Source of the DNA: an uncultured delta proteobacterium
Lineage (GTDB): Bacteria; Desulfobacterota; Desulfuromonadia; Geobacterales; Pseudopelobacteraceae
Direction of reading: 5' to 3'
NCBI GenBank assembly: GCA_963772835.1
Contig: CAVYYZ010000012.1
Span: 1 to 64,000 of the forward strand
Length of the DNA: 64,000 bases
Part shown: one piece after another, positions 19,018-29,987 of the stretch
Position numbering within the stretch: position 1 is the first letter of the stretch
How the letters are laid out: every line of letters starts with the position of its first letter
Translations under genes and position numbers: made by a program
The notes under the pieces: generated by a model
Told to the model about the DNA's origin: nothing
Databases searched by the model: none
Seen by the model: only the letters and a program-made list of their open reading frames with translations

Positions 19018-19932
19018 GTGACGACCATTCTGCCTGGACAAACCCTGCTTGAGCCGTTGGAAATCAGTGATGACGAGCTGACCGAAGTAGGTCTGATTCT
19101 CGAAATGCGGCGCAGGCTCAGTATGTCAATCTACAAAGACAAATGCATGAAGCGCCGTGTTGCCATACGGATGCGTTCATGCCGCTGCCTCGATGCGGCC
19201 TCATATTGCAATCTGCTGCGGCAGAGCGACCAGGAAATCGATCTTCTGATAAAAACTCTTACAATTCATGTAAGCCAGTTTTTCCGCAATCCCACAATGT
19301 TCGATAAACTGCACGCCGAGATATTCCCCTACCTTTTTAAAAAAGCAAAAGCTGCAGAGAAGCGGCTCAGAGTATACAGCCTCGGCTGTGCCGGCGGTGA
19401 AGAGGCCTACACTCTCGGCATCATTCTGCAGGAGTATTTCACGCGGGAACTTCTGCTCACGCCGACTGAAATATGCGCCTTTGATATAGATGCGGATATT
19501 TTGAAGGCTGCCGAACAGGCGGAATATCATGAGGATCGCCAGAAAGATCTTCCCGATTCCATCATGAAGCGCTATTTTGTCAAAAACGGCCCCCGCATGC
19601 AGCTGTCAGCAAAAGTACGTGAGATGGTTACGTTTCATCAGCAGAATATTATGGATGTAGAAACGTTCGAACCGTGCCACATGGTCTTGTGCCGGAATAC
19701 TCTCATCTATTTCGGCCGGCCGGGGCAGGAAAAAATATTGCGCGGCATTGCTCACATTCTGCCGGTCGGTGGTATACTGGTGCTCGGGAAATCAGAAACG
19801 TTGGTAGGAGACGTCCGGGGACTCTTTGCCCCGGTCTGTCCGGTGGAGCGAATCTACCGGCGGCTTGACGTACCCGTGATAATTTCATCCGTTCATTGCA
19901 CTACGGAGGATCAAACATGCGCATTCCCATAG
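19018..19932 (+). CDS. cheR: Chemotaxis protein-glutamate methyltransferase
   Basis: [29 protein letters not shown] and LVLGKSETL motifs. The GTG start is inferred. Confidence 0.92.
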   Translation: MTTILPGQTLLEPLEISDDELTEVGLILEMRRRLSMSIYKDKCMKRRVAIRMRSCRCLDAASYCNLLRQSDQEIDLLIKTLTIHVSQFFRNPTMFDKLHAEIFPYLFKKAKAAEKRLRVYSLGCAGGEEAYTLGIILQEYFTRELLLTPTEICAFDIDADILKAAEQAEYHEDRQKDLPDSIMKRYFVKNGPRMQLSAKVREMVTFHQQNIMDVETFEPCHMVLCRNTLIYFGRPGQEKILRGIAHILPVGGILVLGKSETLVGDVRGLFAPVCPVERIYRRLDVPVIISSVHCTTEDQTCAFP

Positions 19933-21182
19933 GCTACAAGTTTATTCTCGGCTTTCTCGTTGTCGTCGCTGCAGTTGCTTTCAGCCCGCGGCTTGTTATA
20001 CTGCTCGGGTATTCTGCCGAAGTCAGCGGTGTACTCGGGTATATCGTCGCCATGACAATCGGCCTGATCCTGGGATGGCTGTTTTCAAAGGGGTTTACCG
20101 CCAACTTCGGCATCCTGACCGATTCGGCAGAATCCATCGGTCGCGGTGATCTGACCAGGGATGTGAATATCGGACCGTCACGGGTACCGGATGAAAGCCA
20201 TGAACTGGCACACCTGATCAATTTTATGCTTCAGAACCTGCGCGAGCTGGTTCGACACATTAAAAAAACCTCCGTGCAGCTTACGGATTCCGCCCGCGAG
20301 ATAAACTCGACCGCCCTGGAGATCAACGCTTCGACTGAAGAGGTCGCCCAGGCGATAGAACAGATCTCGCGTGGAGCGGAGACTCAGGCAGAGCTCGTTG
20401 AAAAAGGCTCAAAAACAATCCGGGAAATGGCTGTCTCAATTGAACTCGTTGCCGCACGTGCCCGGGAGACGGCCAAGGCTGCCCGTGAAACCAGCCTGAC
20501 GGCTCAGCATGGCGGGTCTCTGGCGAATGATTCCCTGGACAGGATGAAAGATTTTTTTGAAAACCAGGAGCTGATCGGACAACAGTTCGGGACGTTTAAC
20601 AGCAAACTCCAGAAGGTCGGCAAAGTTGCCGATTGCATCGGAGACATTGCCCGGCAGACAAATCTGCTTGCGCTTAATGCCTCCATTGAAGCGGCCAGAG
20701 CCGGTGAATACGGCAAGGGGTTTGCGGTTGTTGCCGAAGAGGTCCGCAAACTGGCAGACAGTTCATCGCAATCGGCCGCCGACATCAGCGACATGATCGA
20801 AAGCCTGCGTGAAGAGAGCCGCAATGTTCTTGACGTAATTGTCGAAAGTTCCCGCAGCATAAAAGAGGGAAAGAAAAACATCGATGTCACCGCCAGCGCC
20901 TTTCAGGAAATAATAAAGACGGTCCTTGAAACTGAGCGGAAAGCATCGAGCATTGCCGATCTCTCCCTGATGCAGAAGGAGGGTTCGTCCAGGATGGTAA
21001 CGGCGATTGATGAGATTGCAAAAGTGGCCGATGATAACGCCGCTTCGACAGAGCAGGTATCAGCAGCGACGGAAGAGCAACTGGCGGCAATGCAGGACAT
21101 GGCCCTTGCGACACGAGAGCTCGCCCAGCTTGCAGAGGAGCTGATGACCGTTGTGGAACGCTTCCAGGTGGATCACGGGTAA
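19917..21182 (+). CDS. Methyl-accepting chemotaxis protein with no periplasmic sensor
   Basis: Two adjacent TM helices, a HAMP domain and [37 protein letters not shown]. Confidence 0.95.
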   Translation: MRIPIGYKFILGFLVVVAAVAFSPRLVILLGYSAEVSGVLGYIVAMTIGLILGWLFSKGFTANFGILTDSAESIGRGDLTRDVNIGPSRVPDESHELAHLINFMLQNLRELVRHIKKTSVQLTDSAREINSTALEINASTEEVAQAIEQISRGAETQAELVEKGSKTIREMAVSIELVAARARETAKAARETSLTAQHGGSLANDSLDRMKDFFENQELIGQQFGTFNSKLQKVGKVADCIGDIARQTNLLALNASIEAARAGEYGKGFAVVAEEVRKLADSSSQSAADISDMIESLREESRNVLDVIVESSRSIKEGKKNIDVTASAFQEIIKTVLETERKASSIADLSLMQKEGSSRMVTAIDEIAKVADDNAASTEQVSAATEEQLAAMQDMALATRELAQLAEELMTVVERFQVDHG

Positions 21183-21192
21183 CGCTGCTGCC

Positions 21193-21627
21193 ATGACTTA
21201 CCAAACCGGAAAATTTCTCGTTTTTTCACTGCAGGGGAAGCACTACGCTCTCGATCTGGCACAGGTCGCCGAAGTCGGAGACCCGCCGCAGATGTCTCCT
21301 ATCCCGTTGGCACCGGCCTACTACAGCGGCGCTCTTAATTTTCACGGGGACATCGTCGCGGTTATGAACCTGGCTCTCTTTCTCGGCCTGACCGGAGACA
21401 GCCAACACGGAAAGATGGTTGTTCTCCACCGGGAAATTGCCTCCCTCGCTTTTCTTGTTGATTCGGTGATCAGAATTGTTTCCGGGGAGGACGTTTCCTT
21501 TCGTCCGCAGACAGGTAACCGCTTTGCAGCCGCCGCACTCTCCCTGCATGAAGGCGCAGCGGCGTTGCTTGACCTTGATGTACTTGTTCATGAGGCGGAA
21601 ATTGATATGCAGAGAAATGGAAAATAA
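21193..21627 (+). CDS. cheW: Chemotaxis coupling protein CheW
   Basis: YALDLAQVAEV, IPLAPAYYSGALNFHGDIVAV and LAFLVDSV. Confidence 0.88.
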   Translation: MTYQTGKFLVFSLQGKHYALDLAQVAEVGDPPQMSPIPLAPAYYSGALNFHGDIVAVMNLALFLGLTGDSQHGKMVVLHREIASLAFLVDSVIRIVSGEDVSFRPQTGNRFAAAALSLHEGAAALLDLDVLVHEAEIDMQRNGK

Positions 21628-21753
21628 TTATTACCTGTACGTAGTGAAAATATATCTTGACTCCCCCAGTTATTCGCGTATATTCCCAGATCGATTTCGA
21701 AACCATGCGCATTGCGTTCAATGGTAACTACACAAAAGAAAGAGGTAACACAC

Positions 21754-21942
21754 ATGAAAAAGCTGATCTCCTTGACCCTGGTACTCGCACTGGCTACTGT
21801 ATTCGCTGCTGGCTGCAAGAAAAAAGAAGTTGCTCCTGCTCCTGCTCCTGCTGTTGAGGCACCTAAGCCTGTTCAGGCTCCGATGTCTGCAAAAGCCGGC
21901 GCTGCACCTGCAGCTGCTCCTGCTGAAGCTCCTAAGAAGTAA
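21754..21942 (+). CDS. Small Ala/Pro/Lys-rich lipoprotein
   Basis: GAGG RBS, MKK-hydrophobic-AAGC lipobox, followed by a terminator. Confidence 0.8.
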   Translation: MKKLISLTLVLALATVFAAGCKKKEVAPAPAPAVEAPKPVQAPMSAKAGAAPAAAPAEAPKK

Positions 21943-21969
21943 TCTGCCTTCCAGTTTCTGGAGTGCATG

Positions 21970-22000
21970 AAGCCTGCGGGGCAACCCGCAGGCTTTTTTT
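21970..22000 (+). terminator. Intrinsic terminator
   Basis: AAGCCTGCGGG-GCAA-CCCGCAGGCTT followed by a T-tract. Confidence 0.9.
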
Positions 22001-22019
22001 ATTCTGTGAGGTGCATTCT

Positions 22020-22355
22020 ATGCATGAAATGTCCATAACCCAGGGAATCATCGACATCTGCGTGGAACATGCCGGCGGCCGTCGTATACGTTCACTCAAT
22101 GTCGAAATAGGGGAACTGAGCAGCGTGGTGCCCGAAGCGATTGAATTCTGCTTTGAGGCATGCAGCTGCGAAACCCCTCTGGAAGGCGCCATACTGAACA
22201 TCATCAGGGTTCCCGGCCGGGGGCTGTGCCAGGAATGCGGGCAGGAATCGAAAATAACGGATCTGTACGGGTCGTGCCGGCACTGCGGCAGTTACCGGGT
22301 GTCAATCGTGGCAGGAGAGGAAATGCGGGTGTGTGAAATCGAAGTTGATGACTAA
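22020..22355 (+). CDS. hypA: Hydrogenase maturation nickel metallochaperone
   Basis: MHEMSI start, GELSSVVPEAIEFCF, two CxxC motifs and GEEM. Confidence 0.93.
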   Translation: MHEMSITQGIIDICVEHAGGRRIRSLNVEIGELSSVVPEAIEFCFEACSCETPLEGAILNIIRVPGRGLCQECGQESKITDLYGSCRHCGSYRVSIVAGEEMRVCEIEVDD

Positions 22356-22386
22356 AAAAGGGCACTGCCGAAGCAGCGCCCTTTTT
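22355..22386. terminator. Bidirectional terminator between hypA and pckG
   Basis: AAAAAAGGGC...GCCCTTTTT hairpin. Confidence 0.75.
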
Positions 22387-22464
22387 ACTTTCTACTGCGG
22401 GAGAGGTACCGCACCTGACCGTTCGTATCGATCAGGTGCGGATAGACTCCAGGCAGGCAGGCAG

Positions 22465-24312
22465 CTAGCTGTTTACCTCTGCTGCAGGATGAAACTGCTC
22501 CCAATGTTCCGGTGAACGCCACAACCCTGACAGGATCAACTGACGGATGTGCAGGAATTCTTTGGGGAGCCGGTCGTACATCTTGACAAACAGCTCTTCG
22601 TGAGAAACGATTTCCTCTTTCCAGACATCGCGGTCGACCGACATCAGTTCATAAAACTGCTCGCGACTGACGCTGTCCAGTCCAGTCCAGTCGAGATCCT
22701 CATAGCGCGGCATCCATCCCAGGGGGCTTTCGACGGCGGCAGCATTGCCGTTGACACGCTCAACGATCCATTTCAGGATACGCATATTTTCACCATATCC
22801 CGGCCAGAGGAAGTTACCGACTGCGTCTTTGCGGAACCAGTTAACGCTGAAGATACGCGGCGGAATGGGAGTTGTCCGGCCTACCTGCAGCCAGTGGGCG
22901 AAATAATCGGCAACATGATAGCCGCAGAACGGCAGCATGGCAAACGGGTCGCGTCGAACGGTACCGACCGCACCGGTTGCTGCAGCAGTTGTTTCAGATC
23001 CCATGGTGGCTGCCAGATAGACGCCGAAGCTCCAGTTGAAGGACTGGTAGACCAGAGGAACGACGTTGTTACGACGGCCGCCGAAGACAAAGGCCGCCAT
23101 CGGTACACCTTTCGGGTTTTCCCATTCCGGATCGATTGACGGGCACTGACCGGCCGGTGAAGTGAAGCGGGAGTTCGGGTGTGCTGCATTTCTGCCGCAA
23201 TCCGGTGTCCATTTGTTCCCCTGCCAGTCGGTCAACATAGCCGGTTTTGCGTCAGTCATCCCTTCCCACCAGACGTCGCCGTCCGGAGTCAGGGCCACGT
23301 TGGTGAAGATCGAGTTGGCGGCGCAGGAAGCCATGGCGTTCGGGTTCGTCTTGACGGAGGTTCCGGGGGCAACGCCGAAGAAGCCGTACTCCGGGTTGAT
23401 GGCATACAGCCTGCCGTCCGGGCCGGGCTTGATCCAGGCGATGTCATCACCGACGGTTGAAACTTTCCAGCCGGTCTTATTAAATGTGTCCGGCGGCACG
23501 AGCATCGCCAGATTGGTTTTTCCGCAGGCACTCGGAAACGCGGCGCCCAGGTAGGTTTTTTCTCCTGTTGGCGATTCGATGCCCAGAATCAGCATATGTT
23601 CAGCCAGCCACCCTTCGTCTTTGGCAATCTTGGAAGCGATTCGCAACGCGAGGCATTTCTTGCCGAGGAGGGCGTTACCACCGTATCCACTGCCGTACGA
23701 CCAGATCGAACGCTCTTCGGGGAAGTGGACGATATATTTTTCCTTGTTACAGGGCCACGGAACATCTTTCTGGCCCGGCTCAAGCGGGGCACCGATCGAA
23801 TGGAGGCAGGGTACGAATTCTCCGTTGCCGAGTACGTCGACAACAGCCTGCCCCATCCGGGTCATGATACGCATATTAACGGCAACATAGGGTGAGTCGG
23901 ATATTTCAACGCCGATTTTGGCGATCGGTGAGCCGAGAGGCCCCATACTGAACGGAATGACATACATGGTACGGCCGCGCATACACCCTTTGAAGAGCTT
24001 GTTCAGCGTTTCCTTCATCTCTTTGGGGTGCATCCAGTTGTTGGTCGGACCGGCATCCTGCTTGGAGATACTGCAGATATAGGTGCGGTCTTCAACCCGC
24101 GCCACATCACCCGGATCGGACCAGGCCAGATAACTGTTCGGGCGTTTTTCCTGATTCAGCTTCTTGAAGGTGCCGCTTGCCACCAGCTGGTTACAGAGCG
24201 CATCATATTCCTCCTGCGAACCGTCGCACCAGTGAATCGTTTCAGGACCACACAGTGCTGCAACTTCTGCCACCCATTTGACCAGCTGCTCGTTTTTCAC
24301 TTCATAACTCAT
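22465..24312 (-). CDS. pckG: Phosphoenolpyruvate carboxykinase (GTP)
   Basis: [45 protein letters not shown] and HPNSRF. Confidence 0.97.
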   Translation of the reverse strand: MSYEVKNEQLVKWVAEVAALCGPETIHWCDGSQEEYDALCNQLVASGTFKKLNQEKRPNSYLAWSDPGDVARVEDRTYICSISKQDAGPTNNWMHPKEMKETLNKLFKGCMRGRTMYVIPFSMGPLGSPIAKIGVEISDSPYVAVNMRIMTRMGQAVVDVLGNGEFVPCLHSIGAPLEPGQKDVPWPCNKEKYIVHFPEERSIWSYGSGYGGNALLGKKCLALRIASKIAKDEGWLAEHMLILGIESPTGEKTYLGAAFPSACGKTNLAMLVPPDTFNKTGWKVSTVGDDIAWIKPGPDGRLYAINPEYGFFGVAPGTSVKTNPNAMASCAANSIFTNVALTPDGDVWWEGMTDAKPAMLTDWQGNKWTPDCGRNAAHPNSRFTSPAGQCPSIDPEWENPKGVPMAAFVFGGRRNNVVPLVYQSFNWSFGVYLAATMGSETTAAATGAVGTVRRDPFAMLPFCGYHVADYFAHWLQVGRTTPIPPRIFSVNWFRKDAVGNFLWPGYGENMRILKWIVERVNGNAAAVESPLGWMPRYEDLDWTGLDSVSREQFYELMSVDRDVWKEEIVSHEELFVKMYDRLPKEFLHIRQLILSGLWRSPEHWEQFHPAAEVNS

Positions 24313-24572
24313 GACGCCTCCACAATTGAGGTATTAAAATTTAGTTTCAATTAAATAACATACCGATGGCCAAAAAAAAAGAACTTATGTGGATCTGTAT
24401 ACAAAATTCTTTTCATACCGGCTGATCAAGGAGATTGTGGTACCAGGGGAGGGAGAGTCGAAAGAGAAGTGAATTATCCTGTTTTAGGGACAATGAAACC
24501 CGGATACCGCTCTCTGGCATATCCGGGTTTAGACCGTACGGTATATGATAGATTCCTTCGCGTAACCGGATC

Positions 24573-26570
24573 TCAGTGCAGCAGAGCTTCCGCCATCACC
24601 TCGGCAACATCCCGCACCCTGACATTATCGGCCTTGACGTCTTTAAGACCATCTTCGAACATCGTCATGCAGTAAGGGCAGGCGACACAAATCGTATCCG
24701 GCTTCTGCTCGAGTGATTCGGTAACGCGCGTCAGATTAATCCGTTCTCCGACATGCTCCTCCATCCACATCCTGCCGCCTCCGGCGCCGCAGCAGAACGC
24801 GTTGTTCCGGTTGCGGGTCATTTCGGCCGGCGCCTGACCGGTGGCCGCCCGTATTACTTCCCGCGGAGCATCGTACACATCGTTATGCCGCCCCAGATAA
24901 CAGGAGTCATGAAAAACGGTTCCCCCCATCGCCCCTGTCGGCGTATCAATAACGAGTTTTCCATCCCGGACCAGATTGTTCAGCAGCTCACTGTGATGAA
25001 TAACCTCCAGCTCAAGACCGTACTGTCGATAGTCATTTTTCAGGGTCGTAAAGCAGTGCGGGCATTGAGTAATTACTTTTGTCACGCCCCGCTCGATAAA
25101 CGTGGCAACGTTCTCACGGGCCATCTTGTCGAAGACAAATTCGTTCCCCAGCCTTCGCACACTGTCTCCGCAGCATTTTTCATCCTTGCCGAGGATTCCC
25201 CATGAGATTCCGGCCTTGTCCAGCAGTTGAGCCATGGCCACGCTGACATGTTTGTTGCGGGAATCGAACGAACCGGCACAGCCGACATAGAACAGGTATT
25301 CCGTCGTATCCCTGTCAAAGGGTGTAATATCCAGCTGGCTGCACCATTTGGTCCTCTCAGATGGTGCAATCCCCCATGGGTTACTGCGTCCCTCCATATT
25401 TTCGAACAGGTTCAGCAGTTCGTCCGGGAATTTCGCTTCGCTCTCCACAAGATGACGACGCATCTGGATAATTTTAGGCATCTGCTCGATAAAGACCGGA
25501 CACGCTTCCATACACGCGCCGCAGGTGGTGCAGTCCCAGATTGATTCCTCGGAGATGCTCCCTTCACCACTCTCACCGATCAGCGGTGCCGGCGGCAGCG
25601 CTCCCTTTGTGAGGGCAGTTCCGTTCTTCAGCAGGTTGACTTTGATATCATGGATCACCGCGCGCGGATTGAGCGGTTTCCCGGTGATGCCGGCCGGACA
25701 GACGTTCTGGCAGCGTCCGCATTCCGTGCAGGAAAAGGAGTCCAGCAGATCTTTCCAGCTGTAATGATCGACCCGTCCGACGCCGAACGTATTTCCGGCA
25801 GTGAATTCTTCTCGTGGCTGGGTGTTCGGCTTTTCCAGACGTTTGAAAAAACAGTTGGGTATCGCGGTCAGAATGTGCATATGCTTGCTGTTCGGCAGGT
25901 AGCATATGAAGGCAAGCAGAGCCAGAGCATGAACCCACCATGCGACAACGTGGATTGCCTCCAGCTGCAGCGTCGGCAGCAGGCCGGCCAGCAGCGCTGA
26001 AACCGGCATGACTCTGCCGGCTGCAGAAAGAAATGACGCCGGATCAACCCGGGATTTAACGATAAAGGCCGCCAGTTCCGAGGCGTTGAGAGTAAAGGAG
26101 GCGAGCATCAGCATCGCAATCAGGCCCAGGATGAAAAACGCATCCGGGGTTCGTGCCTCCGGGTACGGGGGGAAAAACAGCCGTCTCACGGCGGCAACCG
26201 TGACAGCCGTCAGCGCCAGTAATGACGCGATGTCGATCATAAAGGCAAGAGGCACATACAGTTCAAAGGGAAGTTTGATAAGCTTGATCGTGTGCGGGAA
26301 CAGTCCGTTCAGGATGAACTCGCTGTTTGCCACAAGCAGTATCAGGAACGACCAGAAAATAATGAAATGGTTGAAACCGAACGGTTTTGAGACCACCCGC
26401 TTCTGGCCGAATGCGTACAGCAGCATACTCCTGAAATGCGCTCCGATATTTCCAAACCGGTCTTCCGGGCGGCCAAGCGAAATCAGACTGAAGCGTTTCC
26501 AGCATCCCCAGGCAAAAAACATCAGGGAGGCGATAAGCAGAGGTGCGAATAGTATCGGGTTGGGTGTCAT
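24573..26570 (-). CDS. Membrane Fe-S oxidoreductase (cytochrome b-like TM domain, 2x[4Fe-4S], 2 CCG domains); candidate ETF:menaquinone oxidoreductase
   Basis: TM helices with conserved His, CTECGRCQNVCP, CTTCGACMEACP, EKCCG, HDSCYLGR and CCGAGGG; downstream of etfBA. Confidence 0.85.
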   Translation of the reverse strand: MTPNPILFAPLLIASLMFFAWGCWKRFSLISLGRPEDRFGNIGAHFRSMLLYAFGQKRVVSKPFGFNHFIIFWSFLILLVANSEFILNGLFPHTIKLIKLPFELYVPLAFMIDIASLLALTAVTVAAVRRLFFPPYPEARTPDAFFILGLIAMLMLASFTLNASELAAFIVKSRVDPASFLSAAGRVMPVSALLAGLLPTLQLEAIHVVAWWVHALALLAFICYLPNSKHMHILTAIPNCFFKRLEKPNTQPREEFTAGNTFGVGRVDHYSWKDLLDSFSCTECGRCQNVCPAGITGKPLNPRAVIHDIKVNLLKNGTALTKGALPPAPLIGESGEGSISEESIWDCTTCGACMEACPVFIEQMPKIIQMRRHLVESEAKFPDELLNLFENMEGRSNPWGIAPSERTKWCSQLDITPFDRDTTEYLFYVGCAGSFDSRNKHVSVAMAQLLDKAGISWGILGKDEKCCGDSVRRLGNEFVFDKMARENVATFIERGVTKVITQCPHCFTTLKNDYRQYGLELEVIHHSELLNNLVRDGKLVIDTPTGAMGGTVFHDSCYLGRHNDVYDAPREVIRAATGQAPAEMTRNRNNAFCCGAGGGRMWMEEHVGERINLTRVTESLEQKPDTICVACPYCMTMFEDGLKDVKADNVRVRDVAEVMAEALLH

Positions 26571-26579
26571 GTCAAAACC

Positions 26580-27899
26580 TCAGTTTTTTTGCTTCAATTC
26601 ACGGATCGTCTTTGTAATCGCCGGAACGATCTGAAACAGGTCACCGACGATGCCGTAGGTCGCCACCTCAAAAATCGGGGCGCCGGCGTCGCGGTTGATG
26701 GCGATCACCATGTCGGAATCCTGCATGCCGACCAGGTGCTGGATGGCACCGGAAATTCCGCAGGCGATGTATATCTTGGGTCGCACGGTCTTGCCGGTCT
26801 GGCCGACCTGGCGGTCGCCAGGCATCCACCCGGCATCGACGGCACTGCGGGAGGCTCCCACCACTCCGCCCAGCTCTTCGGCAAGCTCCTGCAGCATGGC
26901 AAAATTTTCCGGCCCCATCATACCGCGACCGCCCGAGATAATGAACTCTGCTCCGGTTATATCGACAGCCCCCTTGCTGTGCGAATCCCGGATGATCTCA
27001 ATGACCTTGGTGAGAATGCTCTCTTCGGGGACGGTGAAGGGGTCACGGATGATCGCTCCCTCAGCCCCGTCCCTCCGTTCAGGCATCGGCATGACGTTGG
27101 GACGGACCGTTGACATCTGCGGGCGGAATCTGTCGCACATGATTGTTGCCATGATGTTCCCACCAAAAGCCGGGCGGGTCTGCATCAGATTGCGTTTTTC
27201 GTCGATACTGAGGCCGGTGCAGTCAGCAGTCAGTCCGGTACCGACCCGGGTGGCGATCGCTCCGGCCAGGTCACGTCCCATACCGGTGGCACCCATAAGT
27301 ATGACTTCCGGTTTGTACTTTTCGATCAGGTGACAGCAGGCTTCAACGTACGCTTCGGTGCGGTAGTGGTAATAGACAGGGGCGTCCATCAGGTAGGCTT
27401 TGGCCGCGCCGTGAGCAAACGCTTCAGTGCAGAGATGCCCGACATTTTCACCGATGACCAGGGCGCAGAGTTCAACTCCCAGCTTCGTGGCCAGTTCTGC
27501 GCCGACGCCGAGCAGCTCCCAGGAGACTTTAGCCGGTTCGCCTTCGGTCTGTTCGACAAAGACCCACACGCCGCGATATTCTGACAGCTTCGCGGCAAGG
27601 GCGGCGGCTTCAGGATCCGTTTCTTCTTCCGCCGGCACGCTTGAAGCGGCCAGTTCGGCGAGGATTTTCTGCTCCTCCGGAGTAAAGTACATCTCCAGGG
27701 CGGCGGCGGGGCATATTTTAACGCACTTCAGGCAGCCGATGCATTTGTCTGTCAAAATGACCGGTTCGCCACTGTCGGTCATATCGACGGCATTTACCGG
27801 ACAGGCGCTCTGGCACCGTGCCCCGCAGGCGATACACTTACCGTCAAGCAGAAAGGCAACACCGCGCGGCTTCTTAATCTTTGGTCTGGTTTCACTCAT
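26580..27899 (-). CDS. etfA: Electron transfer flavoprotein alpha subunit with N-terminal 2x[4Fe-4S] ferredoxin domain
   Basis: CIACGARCQSACP, CIGCLKCVKICP, GLTADCT, QVGQTGK and GISGAIQH. Confidence 0.93.
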   Translation of the reverse strand: MSETRPKIKKPRGVAFLLDGKCIACGARCQSACPVNAVDMTDSGEPVILTDKCIGCLKCVKICPAAALEMYFTPEEQKILAELAASSVPAEEETDPEAAALAAKLSEYRGVWVFVEQTEGEPAKVSWELLGVGAELATKLGVELCALVIGENVGHLCTEAFAHGAAKAYLMDAPVYYHYRTEAYVEACCHLIEKYKPEVILMGATGMGRDLAGAIATRVGTGLTADCTGLSIDEKRNLMQTRPAFGGNIMATIMCDRFRPQMSTVRPNVMPMPERRDGAEGAIIRDPFTVPEESILTKVIEIIRDSHSKGAVDITGAEFIISGGRGMMGPENFAMLQELAEELGGVVGASRSAVDAGWMPGDRQVGQTGKTVRPKIYIACGISGAIQHLVGMQDSDMVIAINRDAGAPIFEVATYGIVGDLFQIVPAITKTIRELKQKN

Positions 27900-28711
27900 A
27901 GCGGCAGCATGTCCTTCGCCATCAATTTTTCAATCAGTAACGCTGCGGTTCCGGCAGGGTCCGCGTATCCGTCTCCGATAATTTCCCCTTTATCACGCTC
28001 CGGAGAAAATATTTTCGACACCCATGTAGGAGAACCTTTCAGGCCGATTTTCTGCTCATCCAGCTGTAGCGTTTTGTTGTTCCACACCTCAACGACGGCT
28101 TCAGCTGCTGCCAGCCGCATCTGCACCCTGGGGTAGCGTGGCCGGTTGAGCTCGCGGACGACGGTTAACATTGCCGGCAGCGGAGCTTCGACAATCTCGT
28201 GCCGCCCTTCCAGTTTCCGGCTCACGCGGATTTTTTTTGCAGAAAAGTCCAGACTGATAATTTTGTCCACCAGCGTCAGTTGACGATAATCGAGACGACT
28301 TGCGATGCCGGGGCCGACCTGGGCGGTATCACCGTCAATTGTCTGCTTACCGCAGAGTACCAGACCGACCTCGTCTACTTCCGCATTCAGTTTACTGATT
28401 GCAGCAGCCAGAACATTGCTGGTCGCAAGGGTGTCGGCACCGCCGAAAACCCTGTCAGAAAGCAGTATGGCGTAATCGACACCGAGCGCGAGCGCCTTCT
28501 TCAACGTCGCCTCCGCGTTGGGAGGCCCCATCGAAATGGCGGCAACCGTGCAGCCGAAAAGATCTTTCAGGCGCAGCGCCTCCTCAAGGGCATGGGTATC
28601 GTAGGGGTTGACGATGAAGGGAATACCATCACGGACCAGCGTGTTTGTGACCGGGTCGATCTGAACCTGGGTCGTGTCAGGAACCTGTTTGATGCAGACA
28701 ACTATCAGCAT
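27896..28711 (-). CDS. etfB: Electron transfer flavoprotein beta subunit
   Basis: VCIKQVPD, NPYD, GGADTLAT and GKQTIDGDTAQVGP. Confidence 0.93.
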   Translation of the reverse strand: MLIVVCIKQVPDTTQVQIDPVTNTLVRDGIPFIVNPYDTHALEEALRLKDLFGCTVAAISMGPPNAEATLKKALALGVDYAILLSDRVFGGADTLATSNVLAAAISKLNAEVDEVGLVLCGKQTIDGDTAQVGPGIASRLDYRQLTLVDKIISLDFSAKKIRVSRKLEGRHEIVEAPLPAMLTVVRELNRPRYPRVQMRLAAAEAVVEVWNNKTLQLDEQKIGLKGSPTWVSKIFSPERDKGEIIGDGYADPAGTAALLIEKLMAKDMLPL

Positions 28712-29066
28712 GAATCGCTCTCCTGCCGGGGTAATAACACCAGACTTCAAAACGTTTTATCCGGAACGGTGATTCCGCAGCGTGTAATCTTCAGGCTGCA
28801 TCATGAAATAAAAGCGCCACAACTTGCCGTGAAGGTCAAGTACGCATATGCCGTTACGTCTCTTACATCACATCCATCAGAAGTTGCAAGCTATTATAAT
28901 TTCACGAAATTTATTTAGTGATAAGAAAATATTTCTGCAGCGGATTTTGTATACACAATACCTGACGGAACCATTCAGTCATGCGTACATACGCCCCGGT
29001 TACTGATGTGGCCGCCCCCCCATCCTGTAACGTTCAGGGAACGCGGCATCCGGCTTCCTTTGTATA

Positions 29067-29978
29067 TCACCTGGCGAGTTTTGCCGTAAGCGCCGGCACA
29101 AACTGCATGACATCGGCCACGACCAGTACATCGGCTATCTCGCCGATCGGCGCATCCTTGTCCTTGTTGATGGCAATGATGAAGTCGGATTTCTTCATGC
29201 CGGCCAGATGCTGAATGGCGCCGCTGATGCCGCAGGCGACGTACAGTTTGGGACTTACCGTCTGGCCGGTGGTGCCGACCTGATGGCTGTGTTCCACCCA
29301 CCCGGCATCTACTACCGGACGACTGGCACCCAGTTCGCCGCCGAGGGCTTTGGCCAGGGCCAGGATGACCGGGACGTTGTCTTTTTTGCCGATGCCGCGG
29401 CCGGCTGATACGATGATTTCGGCTTTGCCGAGATCGACGTCCCGTTTCTCGGCCGGTTCATAGCCGACAAATTCCACTGCTCCGCTGCCGTCGGCAGTCA
29501 GTTTTTCGATGACGGGCGATCCTCCCGGCTGCAGAACAGGAAAGGCGCCGGCCTGAATTGTCAGTACGGCTCTGGCTCCGTTCGGTTTGACGGTGCGGCG
29601 CATCTTGGCGTTGCAGCAGCCGACTTCGAAGCCGCCGTCCGCAGGTGCGATGATTTCCGATATCTGGGCGATGTTGAGGGAGGCTGCTACACGGGGTGCC
29701 AGGTCCCAGCCGTAGGAGGAGTGTAAGAATACGATGTAGTCGGGGTTTTCTTTCTGTACTGCGGCAAGAATCAGCTTTTTGTGCAGGTCGGGGTTGTATT
29801 CTCCGCACGATGCGACATCGGCCAGGTAGAGTGTGCCGCCGTATGCGGGGAGTTGATTGTCGCTCCCTACGAGCAGCATGGCGCTGTCGGCGTTCATCTG
29901 GGCCGCAAAGCCGAGTAGTTCGTAGGTGGATTCGAGCAGTTTGCCGTCCCGGTATTCGCCGATCAGTAGTGTTTTCAT
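29067..29978 (-). CDS. etfA: Electron transfer flavoprotein alpha subunit (second copy)
   Basis: SAGRGIG, GASRPVVDAGW, QVGTTG and GISGAIQH. Confidence 0.93.
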   Translation of the reverse strand: MKTLLIGEYRDGKLLESTYELLGFAAQMNADSAMLLVGSDNQLPAYGGTLYLADVASCGEYNPDLHKKLILAAVQKENPDYIVFLHSSYGWDLAPRVAASLNIAQISEIIAPADGGFEVGCCNAKMRRTVKPNGARAVLTIQAGAFPVLQPGGSPVIEKLTADGSGAVEFVGYEPAEKRDVDLGKAEIIVSAGRGIGKKDNVPVILALAKALGGELGASRPVVDAGWVEHSHQVGTTGQTVSPKLYVACGISGAIQHLAGMKKSDFIIAINKDKDAPIGEIADVLVVADVMQFVPALTAKLAR

Positions 29979-29987
29979 GGTGGTCTC

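Noticed and set aside
22020..22355. hypA without other hydrogenase genes
   Set aside because: Dispersed hypA copies are ordinary and nothing links this one to a new system.
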